DNA from: Antedon mediterranea
Taxonomy: Eukaryota; Animalia; Echinodermata
Direction: 5' to 3'
NCBI RefSeq assembly: GCF_964355755.1
Contig: NC_092680.1
Coordinates: 186,001-250,000, forward strand
Length of the DNA stretch: 64,000 nt
Both the position numbers and the translations under genes were made by a program. How positions within the stretch are numbered: position 1 is the stretch's first letter; each line of letters starts with the position of its first letter. Under the pieces are notes generated by a model, which was not told where the DNA came from, did no database searches, and was given only the letters and a program-made list of their open reading frames with translations. This document shows positions 37,201-52,200 of the stretch, in pieces.

Positions 37201-40200
37201 TGGCATAATGGATAGATATACACAGTTTATGAATATTACTGTAGGACAGGACCCAACTAACAGCAAAAAGAATTTCGCCAGTAACAGGAGGGTTAATATA
37301 CAAAAACCTAAATAATATACATTATAATTAGCTGCCCACTCCCTTACATATTAGTATACTTGGCTTCCTTAGACCATCCATTTTATGTCCATAAAGTCAA
37401 CAACACATTGACTGGAAATTCAAATGGGTGATTAGGAACATAAGACAATATGGTATTCATATATTCTTGAAATACTATTGTTTCAAGAGCTTTTTAGTTT
37501 TCAGTTATTATTGATTAATTGTTAATAATTACCAATTAATATTAATGAAGTTAGTCCATGATGCTCTCATTAGTAATTATAGGTATGGAGTATTTAGTGA
37601 TATTTCACCAAGCATGAATTTGTCTTTCTTTCAAAATGAATAATTAAAATAAGTAGTAGTAATGGAGATGAAGATTTAACCCCGAAGCTGATCAACAATA
37701 CGATTTACCAAGACATGAAGTAAAATAGTTAAAAATAAAAAGAATTTATAATATAAACAATAATAAAGAAAAACAAATGATAAAATAAAGATTTCTTTTC
37801 AATAAAGTTTATGCACCTACACAGCTTAATTTGTACCCACCCGAATAAAGTATCTTCTCCATACTATTTAAAAATCTTCTTACCCATTACTTTTTTTAAA
37901 CAAAATATGATGCACAAATTTCACTACATGAATGCAAATATCACTACATAACATCTGAACACAGATTTAACTAATAAATACCATTGAGGAAAAAATATTA
38001 TTTATTCCTCCATGTACATACATCATTCATCTGAACACATATTTAACTAATAAATACCATTGAGGAAAAAATATTATTTATTCCTCCATGTACATACATC
38101 ATTCATCTGAACACATATTTAACTAATAAATACCATTGAGGAAAAAATATTATTTATTCCTCCATGTACATACATCATTCATCTGAACACATATTTAACT
38201 AAATTCAATACCATGTGAGCACAAACTTTTTATTGTTAAACAGAATAGCATCTTACACTTGCTCACATTTGCTTAAGGTGTACTGAGATTTAAACAGAAT
38301 AGCATCTTACACTTGCTCACATTTGCTTAAGGTGTACTGAGATTTTCAAGTATTTATTATGATAGAAAGCAAATTTTGAAAAAGAATAAACATTTTATAA
38401 ATCCCACTTGCATTTTAAACAACTTAAATGTGACAGTTATACTGGTACTATGGAATTCACAACATTCAATTTCATTTCCTAAACATTTCCTCACAATGGT
38501 TAAAACCATCATTACTTATTTATTTAATTTCAACTGACATGTTCAGATAATATAGCAGCTCTAGTACAAGTTACAGAGTATTTCAATTGAGCACAGGTTT
38601 ACATGCAGATCATGAAAAGTATCACAAAAGTAGTCAGTAAATCTGCTTTAATTGAGCAACTGTATTTTAATTACATACTTCAAAGCAAGTTCAATTCTAG
38701 TTTATAGCACTACTGTCTATCGGTATGTGTGAACGTGCCTAAAGGCAAAAATAGACAAGATGATGTTGGAGCCAACTTGAACCGGCATTTATAAGCAGTC
38801 AATGTTGTCAGATAAAATTAAAATCTCTTGTGCCATATTGTTAATGTTACTGTCTGCATAAACTATGGACTCTTTCTTCTTCATATTGAACAAAGGATGA
38901 TCTAGAACCTTGTTATCAATCAATAAACATTTATTAAACAATGAACACTTATTAAACAATGAACACAAATAATATGAAATGAAACAGTTAACAAATATGG
39001 GTTATATATGTAATGAACAAATCTTTGTCACAACATTACAAAAATATAATTTTATTGTACTACTACTACTGTACATATTTCAATTTGGACACCATTTTAT
39101 ATTCATTTATTTTCCAGAAAGACATAATATTGAATACACAAAGATATGTCAGTAAACCAGTTTGGTGGATTGTAAAAAAGTGATAACAACAATGTGTGAA
39201 TACTCTTCTTGTGGTACAGACAAATTAAAAAAGAAAAACAAAGTTTATATTAAGATTTTTCTCAAATTTCATTCTGTACACATTTCAGGCCTTATGGGAG
39301 ATTGAATCCCAACTCTTAGCTAATCGGTAACTAACAGCTAGCAGTCTTAGCTCAATATTCCAAATGCTATAGTGTTTTTATTTTTCAAAATTATTTTTGT
39401 TTTTGCTATAATTGCATTAAATTGATTTTATTTTTAGATGAACAAATTCAGATGTTGCAAGAAGTGTTAACCTTTACACGCGTAGAAGACCCACCTCAAC
39501 AAAAGGTTATCATGCACCATCACAGGGCACAGGGCAATTCACTCGGTAGGTACTTAATTTATTAAGTATGCCAGGGTAATAAGTAATAAATTAAATAGCC
39601 ATGTATTGTAATAAACGCCATTGATATAATGGGTAAATATTAAATTGGCAGGCACACAAAATGGGTACATTCTGTAACAGTAAGATCCTTTGCTGGTCTA
39701 ATATCAATTTCATTCATTCTACTTCAAGTTAAGCCATATTTATACGCACTAGTATTAACTCTATTTTATGCACACTTAAACTGTTCTGAATCTGCGATAA
39801 GTGCTTGTGTGATCAGTTAACTCTGTTATGCCTCCGTGTCGTTAACACGGTTGTAACTCTAATAAGTTTCGATACAACTGCACAGTAAAGATAAAACGCA
39901 ATGTTAATCTGTAAATCCATAATTTAACTTAACTCTGTTATTAGAGAAAGAGTTTTTAAACATAGCTTTAAACATTTTTATTAGGATATGGTATTCATCA
40001 AGAGGAAGAAGAAGACGAAGAAGAAGATGATGAGGAGTTTGTTGAATGTTTAGATAGGACACCAACACAAAATCTATCAAATAATGTACTACGTAAGCAG
40101 TTTGTCATTTTATATACGCCCTTCCATGTCATTGTACTTCGTATACAATTATGTCCGAGTAGGGCAAACATCCCACCAATTAATCACTATTATATTTTTT

Positions 40201-43200
40201 TTTCATTTATTTCATTTGGTAAAATTGTTTATTATCATTGATTGTTATCATTATCTTCATTTTCATTATCATTGTTTTCTTTCATTTTCATTATCATTGT
40301 TTTCTCTTCATTTTCATTATCATTGTTTTCTTTTAATTATCATTGTTTTCTCTTTATTTTCATTGTCATTGTTTTCTCTTTATTTTCATTATCATTGTTT
40401 TCTCTTTATTTTTCATTATCATTGTTTTCCCTTTATTTTCATTGTCATTGTTTTCTCTTTATCTTCATTATCATTGTTTTCTCTTTATTTTCATTATCAT
40501 TGTTTTCCCTTCATTTTCATTATCATTGTTTTCCCTTTATTTTCATTATCATTGTTTTCCCTTCATTTTCATTATCATTGTTTTCCCTTCATTTTCATTA
40601 TCATTGTTTTCTCTTTATTTTCATTGTCATTGTTTTCTCTTTATTTTCATTATCATTGTTTTCTCTTCATTTTCATTATCATTGTTTTCCCTTCATTTTC
40701 ATTGTCATTGTTTTCTCTTTATTTTTCATTATCATTGTTTTCCCTTTATTTTCATTGTCATTGTTTTCTCTTTATTTTCATTATCATTGTTTTCTCTTTA
40801 TTTTCATTATCATTGTTTTCCCTTCATTTTCATTGTCATTGTTTTCCCTTCATTTTCATTGTCATTGTTTTCATCTATTTCAGACTTATTTGTTGTCCTT
40901 TGCTATTAAATTATCATTTATTATTTACAGAAGCCAGTATGCAGAAACTACAACAGATTACCAGTCAAGTACAGGATTTTCAGGATAGTAACAGACAAGA
41001 ACTAATGGGTCAGGTAAGGGTTCATAGTGACAGATACACACTTCAACCTCTTCTCATATCTATTCTTTCCTCTTCCTTCTCACATTTCTCCTTTACTTGC
41101 TTCTTAAATTGCGTGTCATGTAAAATGTCAAGATGAAGGAATCTTAGGGAAAACCTTTAAGGTTTTTGTTAAAGCAGATGCAGATACTCACCAATTTTCT
41201 ACACTTTCTTAACAAAATCCCCCTGATCTAGTTCATACAGGATTTGATACTCACCAATGTTCTACACTTTCTTAACAAAATCCCCCTGATCTAGTTCATA
41301 CAGGATTTGATACTCACCAATGTTCTACACTTTCTTAACAAAAACCCCCTGATCTAGTTCATACAGGATTTGATACTCACCAATGTTCTACACTTTCTTA
41401 ACAAAAACCCCCTGACCTGGTTCATACAGGATTTGAACCTAGGCATTTTAGTTGGGAAGTTGAATGACCACATTCAATGACTATTCAACTCCACACTCAA
41501 GCTATTCAACTCCACACCTTCATATTTTAATAATTAATCTAACCACAGAGCTCATTCGTCATCATTTCCTGTATTAGAGACATCAAAACGATCATAAAAT
41601 ATATTTTTCTGCATTAGGCATCAAGGAGGGAGAATTTGTCAAGATTTAGCTGTTCTTGTCCATCTTTGGTAGATAAAGATGGACAATCAAACTCAGGTTG
41701 GTTTTCTTCATTTATGTTTTATGTATACTTATTCATTTAGATATGCTACCAAATATTATCTCATGAAAGTCGAGGTATCATCTATAATAGTTTAATTGAC
41801 ATTAATATAGCTATTTTCATAGTTCTAAGCTAACTATCGAAGAAACAAACCAATCTTAAAATAGATTTCTATAATATTCTCATAAAAATTAGGTATTAGA
41901 TGATAATCTATAATACTAATATTTATCATTTTATTTATTTTGTAAACAAAATAAAATGTTAAAACATTTAATTCAAGTTATGAAACCAGCTGTCTCCTTG
42001 AGGGCCATTGCCTCATTTAACGAGGAAGATGAAGATGATTCGGCTGAATCCGAGGGATGCACAGAACAAACCGAAAGCAATAGGAATGACATAAACCGGT
42101 CTATCAGTGAACCAAGTGCGCATCGCAAGTCATCATTAAGCTCCGGAGAAGAAGAGCATTATATTAAACCTTCATTTAAACCTGGTCGATCTTCCAATCG
42201 TAATCAACGACACAATGAAGTATTAGTTTCAAGAAGGTTAGTTTTTTTTTCATGAAACCAGGAAAAAGTTGGGGGATTTGGTATGCATTCTCTGAGTGCC
42301 TTTTAGTTGATATTGAGTGTGCAGGGTATGATGGGAAATATAATGTGAAGCATTACTGCAATCATTGCATTATAAATATCCAAATCTTAAATTCAAAGAT
42401 TAGTCAAATTATCCTTGTAAAAAACAAATTAATATTGTCATTACACTTAACATGTTGATATTATGTTCAGAATATGGATACTTTCCTATCACACCCTTTA
42501 CATGCAATTTATCATTGAAAATATGTACGAATAAAATATATATCATTGATTATATATATGGGAGTGTAATTGAGTTTAGATGTCATAGCCCAAGGTCATC
42601 TATCCACACTGCCATTTACCTTGAAGGTTCTATTTGTAATTCTAAATGGTGATACTATACTAAATTAGATATTTAAGCAACACCTACATTAAAATAAATA
42701 AATTAGCATATTTTATGTATGGCAAATGAATATTCCAACATAATCCCATTCAATCTAATTCATAATCATAATCACTGTAGTAATTAATATTAATATGTTA
42801 AGTTATAACTTCCTCTGTTTTAATACACAAATGACTATATCTTCCTCTCTCAATCTACGCTTACATAGCGCCAACTGTAGTTTATAAAATAATAATTTAT
42901 GAAAGTTGTAATACTAATTAGATTTTGTAGTATGGTGATGAAGTTTGAGCTTCTTTGTAAGTTTTATGTCATATTTCCTAAGCACACTCAAATCTGTTTC
43001 CTCCAGACATACACGTTGTGCTATAGCATTGGAAGAATTGCTGCTGTCAGATTAAAATAGTCTGACCTATCAAAAGTTCTTTTCACTAACTTTTTTATTA
43101 GTGTGAAAGAAAACAGTTTGTTGGAAGCATTTACTTGTTTGGATTATCAATGGAGATACTTTACTGAGCTTGCAGACGACTTTAAAAAAAAAAATTTTGT

Positions 43201-46200
43201 GATTGAAGTCTTACTTAAAATATGATAACTGTAAAAGGAAAAGGCAGACGAGGCTTTTTTCTGTAGATATTCAGCCTTGCTTTCTCTGTGTATGATGGGC
43301 AAAAAAATGAAAATTTGTTTGTGTATATTGATTTGACAGTGATTGTCAAAAGGAATAGATATGCTCATTTATGCAATGGATACTAACTGTGCTGCTGTGT
43401 CTTAAATCTACTTACATTCAGAATTATGTAAACTTGTGTTCACACACAATAATCAAGATGCCTATTTTAATGCGTAATATTTTTGCAAGGAAGATAATCC
43501 CTGTTCACACATCAAACTTTTATATTGATAGTAAAAGTCTGGGTCACCTAGCAGATGGACAACTTAGTGACGATGAGTTCCAGGATGCAAACGACCGGAC
43601 ACCTTCTTCAAAATCTTTACATTCACAATCAAATGGACAAACGCAAAGTAAGACACTTTATTTGTATTTCTGATTCCTTAGAAATTTTACAAACAAATAA
43701 TATATGAAGTTTAAAAGTTATTTCTAAGTTTATAGTACATTACATTAGAATTGAAATATTAAGTAGACATTTTTTGAATGTCTACTTATAATACTAGTAG
43801 TAATAACACTACCATTCTATTGAATGTCTACTTATAATACTAGTAGTAATAACACTACCATTCTATTGAATGTCTACTTATAATACTAGTAGTAATAACA
43901 CTACCATTCTATTGAATGTCTACTTATAATACTAGTAGTAATAACCCTACCATTCTATTGAATGTCTACTTATAATACTAGTAGTAATAACACTACCATT
44001 CTATTGAATGTCTACTTATAATACTAGTAGTAATAACACTACCATTCTATTGAATGTCTACTTATAATACTAGTAGTAATAACACTACCATTCTATTGAA
44101 TGTCTACTTATAATACTAGTAGTAATAACACTACCATTCTATTGAATGTCTACTTATAATACTAGTAGTAATAACCCTACCATTCTATTGAATGTCTACT
44201 TATAATACTAGTAGTAATAACCCTACCATTCTATTGAATGTCTACTTATAATACTAGTAGTAATAACACTACCATTCTATTGAATGTCTACTTATAATAC
44301 TAGTAGTAATAACACTACCATTCTATTGAATGTCTACTTATAATACTAGTAGTAATAACACTACCATTCTATTGAATGTCTACTTATAATACTAGTAGTA
44401 ATAACCCTACCATTCTATTGAATGTCTACTTATAATACTAGTAGTAATAACCCTACCATTCTATTGAATGTCTACTTATAATACTAGTAGTAATAACACT
44501 ACCATTCTATTGAATGTCTACTTATAATACTAGTAGTAATAACACTAGCATTCTAAATCATATTCATTATCAAAATGATACAGTTAAAATTTTAGAAAAT
44601 ATATCCTGTTTGTTCTCTAAACAATGGTGTTTAAAAGTACAGTATGTAAACTTTTAAACCATTTGGCCGAGCCACAAAAGTTTACATTTAACTATTAAAA
44701 ACCATTTGGCCGAGCCACAAAAGTTTACATTTAACTATTAAAAACATTTGTAACATGTATAGTAAACAGAAAAGATGGTGAACGATTAAAATGTCTCTAG
44801 TTTCTGGGCATTTTGGGTTTGAGCAAGCTAACTCAATTAAAAATTTAATTTTTTTTTATTTACCGGAAAAATTGAGTATGAATATTTGATGATAATTAAG
44901 AGAAACAGTTACATCCTAATAAAATAAAATCAACATATCACATAACACTGTTAAAAGCCACACATTTAACATTATTTGGCACAACATTTGGAAATATTTG
45001 CCAAAAAAATAATGTCTTCAACTCTTGTACAAAATGAAACTGAAATATACATTGGATTTTGCATTATGTCAAAATTACGAGAACCTAATTAACTAGGATG
45101 GCATAAAATAGCAATTTGAAAGATAGATTTAATTAATGTGTTAATGAAGGAAGTCGCCTAATTTACGATATATTTTAGAATCTTTCATTTTCATATGTGG
45201 TGTACTACCCACACCATATGTACTTTAGTTCATTTTACGTTGATTGTATTGAGTCCAGTGTTTTAGTTCATTTTACGTTGATTGTATTGAGTCCAGTGTT
45301 TTAGTTCATTTTACGTTGATTGTATTGAGTCCAGTGTTTTAGTTAAATGTTAGACAATTGCTCCCTCCATGCACAATGACAATTCAGTGATGAATGTTGG
45401 TAATAAACACGTTTTCACCGAAATGAAAAATACAGACCAACAATTCTCAACATGACAAAATATACAAAAATATCTATCATAGCAAGTAACTATTGAAATT
45501 AAAATAATGAAGTATTCGTTTAAAAAAAATCTAAAAATGCATATAAAATTAAGATTAAGTTACTGTTTAATTATTGTTTTTAATTGTCATTGTTATTTCT
45601 TAGAAAATGATTGTTATTGAAATTGTTATAATTCTTTTAGATCAGTAATTACAAATACCTTTTTTAATTATTAAATTAAGTTATTTTTATTCTAAAGTTT
45701 ATTTAATATTTTGATATTGATCAAATGTAAATAAACAAACATCAACTAATAAACAAGCATTAATAATTGAATACAGCTAATGATGTATATTTAAGTAAAA
45801 ATAATTATAATAAATCAATGTAAACATTAAAGCCATGACATTTCTAAATAATTTCTAATAATAATTGGTTAATGAAAACACTGCAAATATCAAAATAGTT
45901 AACTGTTTGCATTATTACATCAGCAAGTTGTTGCCAATTATCTTAGTGGAATAAGTAAAAATAAATTTATAATCCATTTTGATTTCACTTTTGTTGCTAA
46001 TTTCCCATTTATATTTAGTATTGATAAATATTGTTTATACTGTAGTGAATCTTATGCAGCTTAATATGATAATTTATTTTAAAAACTGCGTTAATAACAT
46101 TTTGAAGTATAAATCAGTCTTTGGTGAATTATATCCTAGTATAATATATGTCATTTTTAAGTATAAATCAGTCTTTGGTGAATTATATTAACTAGTATAA

Positions 46201-49200
46201 TATATGTCATTTTTAAGTATAAATCAGTCTTTGGTAAATTATATTAACTAGTATAATATATGTCATTTTTAAGTATAAATCAGTCTTTGGTGAATTATAT
46301 TAACTAGTATAATATATGTCATTTTTAAGTATAAATCAGTCTTTGGTAAATTATATTAACTAGTATAATATATGTCATTTTTCTTTGACTATAAATATTA
46401 TGTCTTTATTATTGATTTTGAATGTCTTTTTTAAATTACTCCAAAACTGTCATTTTGATAGCAAGATTAATATTATTTTATGTTCTTTCAGTTTTAAATA
46501 GAATATGTAGTTAAAAAATAGTTATTTTAAGAAATAATATGATTTTCTTTAATTTTCTTAATATAAATAACATAAACATAATATAATATACACTCTTTGA
46601 GAGTCAAGACTTTTTATTCTGATCACTAATTAGCTCGGCTCTGAGCTATAACTGCATCTAGGATATCTTTAGCATGGCTACCTCCCTTAAGCCATGCATT
46701 ACTTTTAATATTGTGCCAACCTTATGGGACTACTTTGTTCATTACAATCATACTGACCCCCAATGCTTAGGCAGATATTTTAGGTTGACATTACACATGC
46801 CATTTTAAAATTATTATTTATTTTTGGTTGTTGGTTTGTTCCATATTCTGACTATGACACTAATATTTTAATGGATCATTACAGTAGGTAATGGCTTGTA
46901 GTAAATTATTTACACCAAAATTAAATAGAATATATAAATGAAGCTTGTAATGTGTTTAGGTTGGACCACTGCATCTGACACATTTTGCCTGACAACCTCA
47001 TCCTTAGGCCATTCAAGTGGGTGAAACTGTAAGCTGATTCACCTACTTAAACTTGATTATTTCTTCCTCTGGTTTAAAACTGTAAAGCCTGATGTTATTT
47101 TAAGGGGCCTAAGGGTGTGTTTAACAGCTAAAGGGATGCTCTTCCTTATCCTATCAATGTTTACTAAATCCCTTATTAGATGTTTTTCTTTTTTTAGAGG
47201 ACACTATGATGTGATTCATTTACAAAGGGAGGGAGAATCCGGTGCCATGCCTGACACCCCACCCTTAACATTTGGGTTATGAGGGTCACTTAAATTACTA
47301 ATTAATGACTCCAGGCTTATAAATTCAGGATCCTCTGATCTTTCATGATCATGATGATCTCCAAAGAGTCTAACGTAGCATTGTTTATAGAGGGACATCT
47401 GGACAACAGGGAAATGATCTAAGGGGAGTTGCACTTATGACATGCGCTCTCCCATTTGACAGTTAATACAAATTATGATAATACTATTTGGTATCTGTGT
47501 TAGGGTTAGGGTTAGGGTTTATAGAGGGACAACATGGAAATGATCTAAGGGGAGTTGCACTTATGACATGCGCTCTCCCATTTGACAGTTAATACAAATT
47601 ATGATAATACTATTTGGTATCTGTGTTAGGGTTAGGGTTTATAGAGGGACAACATGGTCTAAGGGGGTGGAGTTGGGACATTGACAGTTAATACAAATTA
47701 TGATAATACTATTTGGTATCTGTGTTAGGGTTAGGGTTTATATAAGGGGGTGGGGTTGGGACATTGACAGTTAATACAAATTATAATACTATTTGGTATC
47801 TGGGTTAGGGTTTATATAAGGGGGTGGGGTTGGGACATTGACAGTTAATACAAATTATGATAATACTATTTGGTATCTGTGTTAGGGTTAGGGTTTATAG
47901 ACGGACAACAGGATCTAAGGGGGTGGGGTTGGGACATTGACAGTTGATACAAATTATGATAATACTATTTGGTATCTGTGTTTGACAGACTATTAATAAC
48001 TGATATACATAACCTCCTTTTAAACACAAAATTATGGTAAAATTGCAGGGGTAAGATTGAAATATTAAAATCAGTAGTGTCATTTTATTTTATGGAATAA
48101 TTATTATGTTTGACAAATAGGAGTTATAAAGCCTTTTAAAAAAATACCTGATAGAATTTGAAATAAGTATATGTTCCTCTTTGTACATGAATAATAGATA
48201 AAATATCCCAATCAACCTTCAACCTTTTATGTCAATAAGTATGAATTGGCAAAACACTGCATGTCTGTGAGTATAATTATAAGATTATTGATATATTTGA
48301 TAATATTATAGAGAGAAGACCAGGTCAAAGTAAAGGTATGATTTAATGAAGCCTTTCCTGAGAGCCTATACCAAGGAAGTATAGTGTGACATACAAACAA
48401 TATTTAATCTATTTACCTTGCATAATCATTATTACATTTATAATTCAATTTCATTATATCAATTCCTCTTCTTCAGTCAATTTATTTACAATACATTTGC
48501 CGTGTATATTTTGAAGGGTGGGAAAATATAATGATATTAATTGTGACTTGCATTTACTGGCAGATGATTAAGGGTTATTTATTTATCATACATCCACTAA
48601 TGTCCTGTCATATAGATGGTTAAAGTTAAAGTCCTTCTAAACATATCTCGCACAGTTCAAATATGAATTCAAGTGTTCAAAACATCAATAAGGCTGAAAG
48701 TAATGAAAAACATTAAAAAAAAAGTAAATGCCTATTGCATTTTATAAAACAGTAGATCGGTGCTATTAAATGTTACCATTTATATTTCTATACATAATAA
48801 CTGTAAGTTCAAAAGTTTATTAAATACCCTTAACCTTTTATCAAGATCTTCATTTTAAGTTACTTTGAATTTGCTTAAGGCACATTTGAAAGAATTTTAA
48901 TATGGTAATTGCCAACAAATATGCATTTTTCAGCTTGGAAGGTGTGAATAAAAGGTCACTTTTGATATAATATAAATATCAATTTCTTTTTGCCTTTAAA
49001 AAAAACCATTATTAATCAATATGACATTTATAATTACTATGACAAAATTATTACCTTACTAATATTTTGAAAATTATGTTAATTTACTGTTGAAATGATC
49101 ACCATAAAAAAAATTGTTTTTGAAACACACAAAATATCTTTATATAATGTAGTTATGTAGTATTATGATAATAGATTTACAACTAATTAATTATACGTAA

Positions 49201-52200
49201 TCATTAAATAGTTGTTATATTGTATGTATCACATCCCATATGCATTACGTCAACACTAGTTAGCATGTACAGACATAGATTTAGGAAATCACAAGATGAC
49301 GATGTTTGATCAAATAAATTGGGATGTATTGTTGAATTTTATGACACGCAATGAAACATGACGTAAGCTCAATTTCTGATTACATTAAGAATCCCTTCTT
49401 CATTAGTCGGATTTATGAAAAGGAACCATTATATATATGTTGCTTCAGATTTATGAAAAGGAACCATTATATATATGTTGCTTCAGATATTTTTCTTTTC
49501 ATTATTTTATTTTGTGTATTATATATTAATTTTTACAGGTCTACCTTTTTTAATTATGGAAAATGTTAATGTACAATAATTAAAATCCGAGTACAATAAA
49601 TTACAAAATATTTGTGTTGTTATTTAAATTTAATTGTAGTAGATAATATTTATTTTTATTAATGTCTGCTATCAATCCTGAGCATTAAGTATACAGTAAT
49701 TTATTTTCATTTGATGGAGATTGATATTAGGTAAGCATCTTATAAAAGCCAAGGCGTAGATGACGATTTTATGGTATTTTTTTCAGCAGAAACATGCCCT
49801 CTGAGACATGATTTAAAGCTAAAGATTTACATTGCTTCTGCTTACCTTCAAAATAGGAATAATTATATCTAGAGTAGTAGATAAGCGTCAAAAGTATTGA
49901 ACATGTACAGCTCAATGATAAATAGTATTGAACATGTACAGCTCAATGATAAAAAGTATTGAACATGTACAGCTCAATGATAAATAGTATTGAACATGTA
50001 CAGCTCAATGATAAAAAATATTGAACATGTACAGCTCAATGATAAATAGTGCTAATGTAAGGTCATGTTAACACCTTATTACATTGCATAGGAATTACAG
50101 TACTGTAGTATTGCTATTTATGGGACATTTTAAAGGCATCTTCTCTATACTGTTTGTGGAGAGATATCTGGAAGGCATCTTCTCTATACTGTTTGTGGAG
50201 AGATATCTGGAAGGCATCTTCTCATATTGTATAATGTATTCTATTATTATAATGTTAATAGTTTACTTATAAATAATTTATATAATTTTCTTTTTCAGAT
50301 TCCCAGAAAGAAGAGATGGTGTGCGACTCCAGATCATCATCAATAGGCAGCCAACTTGTAAGTTGTCCAAGTATATAACTTACTAAAGCATCTAAAGCCT
50401 TGTTCACACTGGGTAAATTTAGCCAATGTAACTAACCAAATGTCATCGGTTAATTTGACCATTGTTCCCACTTGGATAATACAATACGATTTACCATGGA
50501 TTTACCAAAATTTGCTAGTGGTGAGGCAGTGGCCTGTAAATGGTCTGATTTAGACTTTTCTTATTCAAGTTAGCCGGCAATTTGACTTAAATCCAATGCA
50601 ATCGAGGCTTTATATTCAAGAAACAATATTCACCACCAACAGTGTCTGAAAGTAGAGCAAGCTATTTTGATGCTCAGATGTTGACCTTAAAATTGTACTT
50701 AAAGTAGTGCTTGATAGGACCTTGTTTCTTGGCAACACAAACAATCACAAATATTGAGTACTTCTCAACCATGAAGTCAGCAAATAATTGAATAGAAACG
50801 CGGTAAAATAAAACCGGTATAATTGTTGAAAACAGTAGGGGGCGTATCTAATGTCGTAAGATGGTTGATAGCTGAATGTTTAGGTCAAAGGTGACTCTTA
50901 AGAACAAAGTTGCTAACCTTATTACATCTTTAATCTCTGTCTACACTATCAAATTTTATTTGATGTGCCAATATATGGACATGATCACTAACATATTTGG
51001 GCATATCACTACCATATTTGGGCACATCACACTTTTTTGTCACATAAAGTTTGATAGTGTAGACAAGGCTTTATACAATGACTATGAATATATAATATAG
51101 TTTTATAACAAAATTGAGTAAAAACTGTTATATACATTTATTTTTACAATAGTTGACATAATTAATAATTCTAATGTTTTTATTAACTATTTCACCAGGC
51201 TGTTGATGAGAGTATAGACATGGTGAACCTAGGCCCCTTGGAAAGTGTACCTAAGGTTCGTTTGCGCTCAAACAAAGACAGAGAAAAACGTATGTATCTA
51301 TTTCATCAAGTCAAATATAATATGCCATCTTTTTTATTTTATATCCAATAAAATTTTAAAAATTTGAGACAACGTCCAATTTCTTTCTACTCTTTTATTT
51401 TAAACACCATAATCATTTTTGAAAACTGAAAATGAATTACCTTTGTGTATGTTGTGGAGAGATTATACAGTAATAAAATTGTAATTCACAGAAATCAATG
51501 AATTCTACTACAAATAAAAATGTGTTAAAATACAACAGTTGGTGTATACCATGTGGCCAGCAGTTCTAAACGATATTTTAATGGGGGTGGGGGAGGGGTC
51601 ATTTATTCATATAAATAATTATATATGGTATGTGAAAGGTTTTCAATGTTGTACAACAATATGTTGATCTATTTGTTTTTCTTTTTTTATAACTAGGTCA
51701 AAATCGAAGTGTATCTATGTTTGAACCAACAATGTAAGTGTTTTGTCATTACTTTGATTTCATTCACACTGTTCATGTTTTATGCTTTTTACTTATTCAC
51801 AATTTAAAGTGTTTATTTGCAATGATATTGAGCACTCAGACACATAATAAGCAATGCATTCACATTCCACCATTTACTGGTGTAAGAATCATGTTTTATT
51901 CTTTGATGGTCATGCATGGCCACACACATACTAATGATGACCATCCAGGGAGATGTAAAATAATTTATAATAATAACAATGATTTATTTTACATATCCCT
52001 GGACCATCGAAGTAAGTTTAGCCGCAAATACTAAAAGCAAAGTTCACTTTGTGTAAATTGCACAATGAGTAACATTCAAATGGAAAATTTTTTTTTTTTT
52101 AAATCTTCTTTTTCGATTTGATTCTTGTTTCTGAATTTTTAATTTAAGTTTCCATGCACTGCAACAATCAACACTTTGCATTTTTCACACATTTTTCTAT

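Noticed and set aside
39290-39356. Decayed tRNA-like sequence on the minus strand
   Set aside because: Only vague B-box and anticodon-arm similarity; cannot be folded into a cloverleaf.
40084-41136. 350-aa hydrophobic 'membrane protein' ORF and overlapping ORFs
   Set aside because: Product of a T-rich 28-bp minisatellite; only 40931-41013 is a plausible exon.
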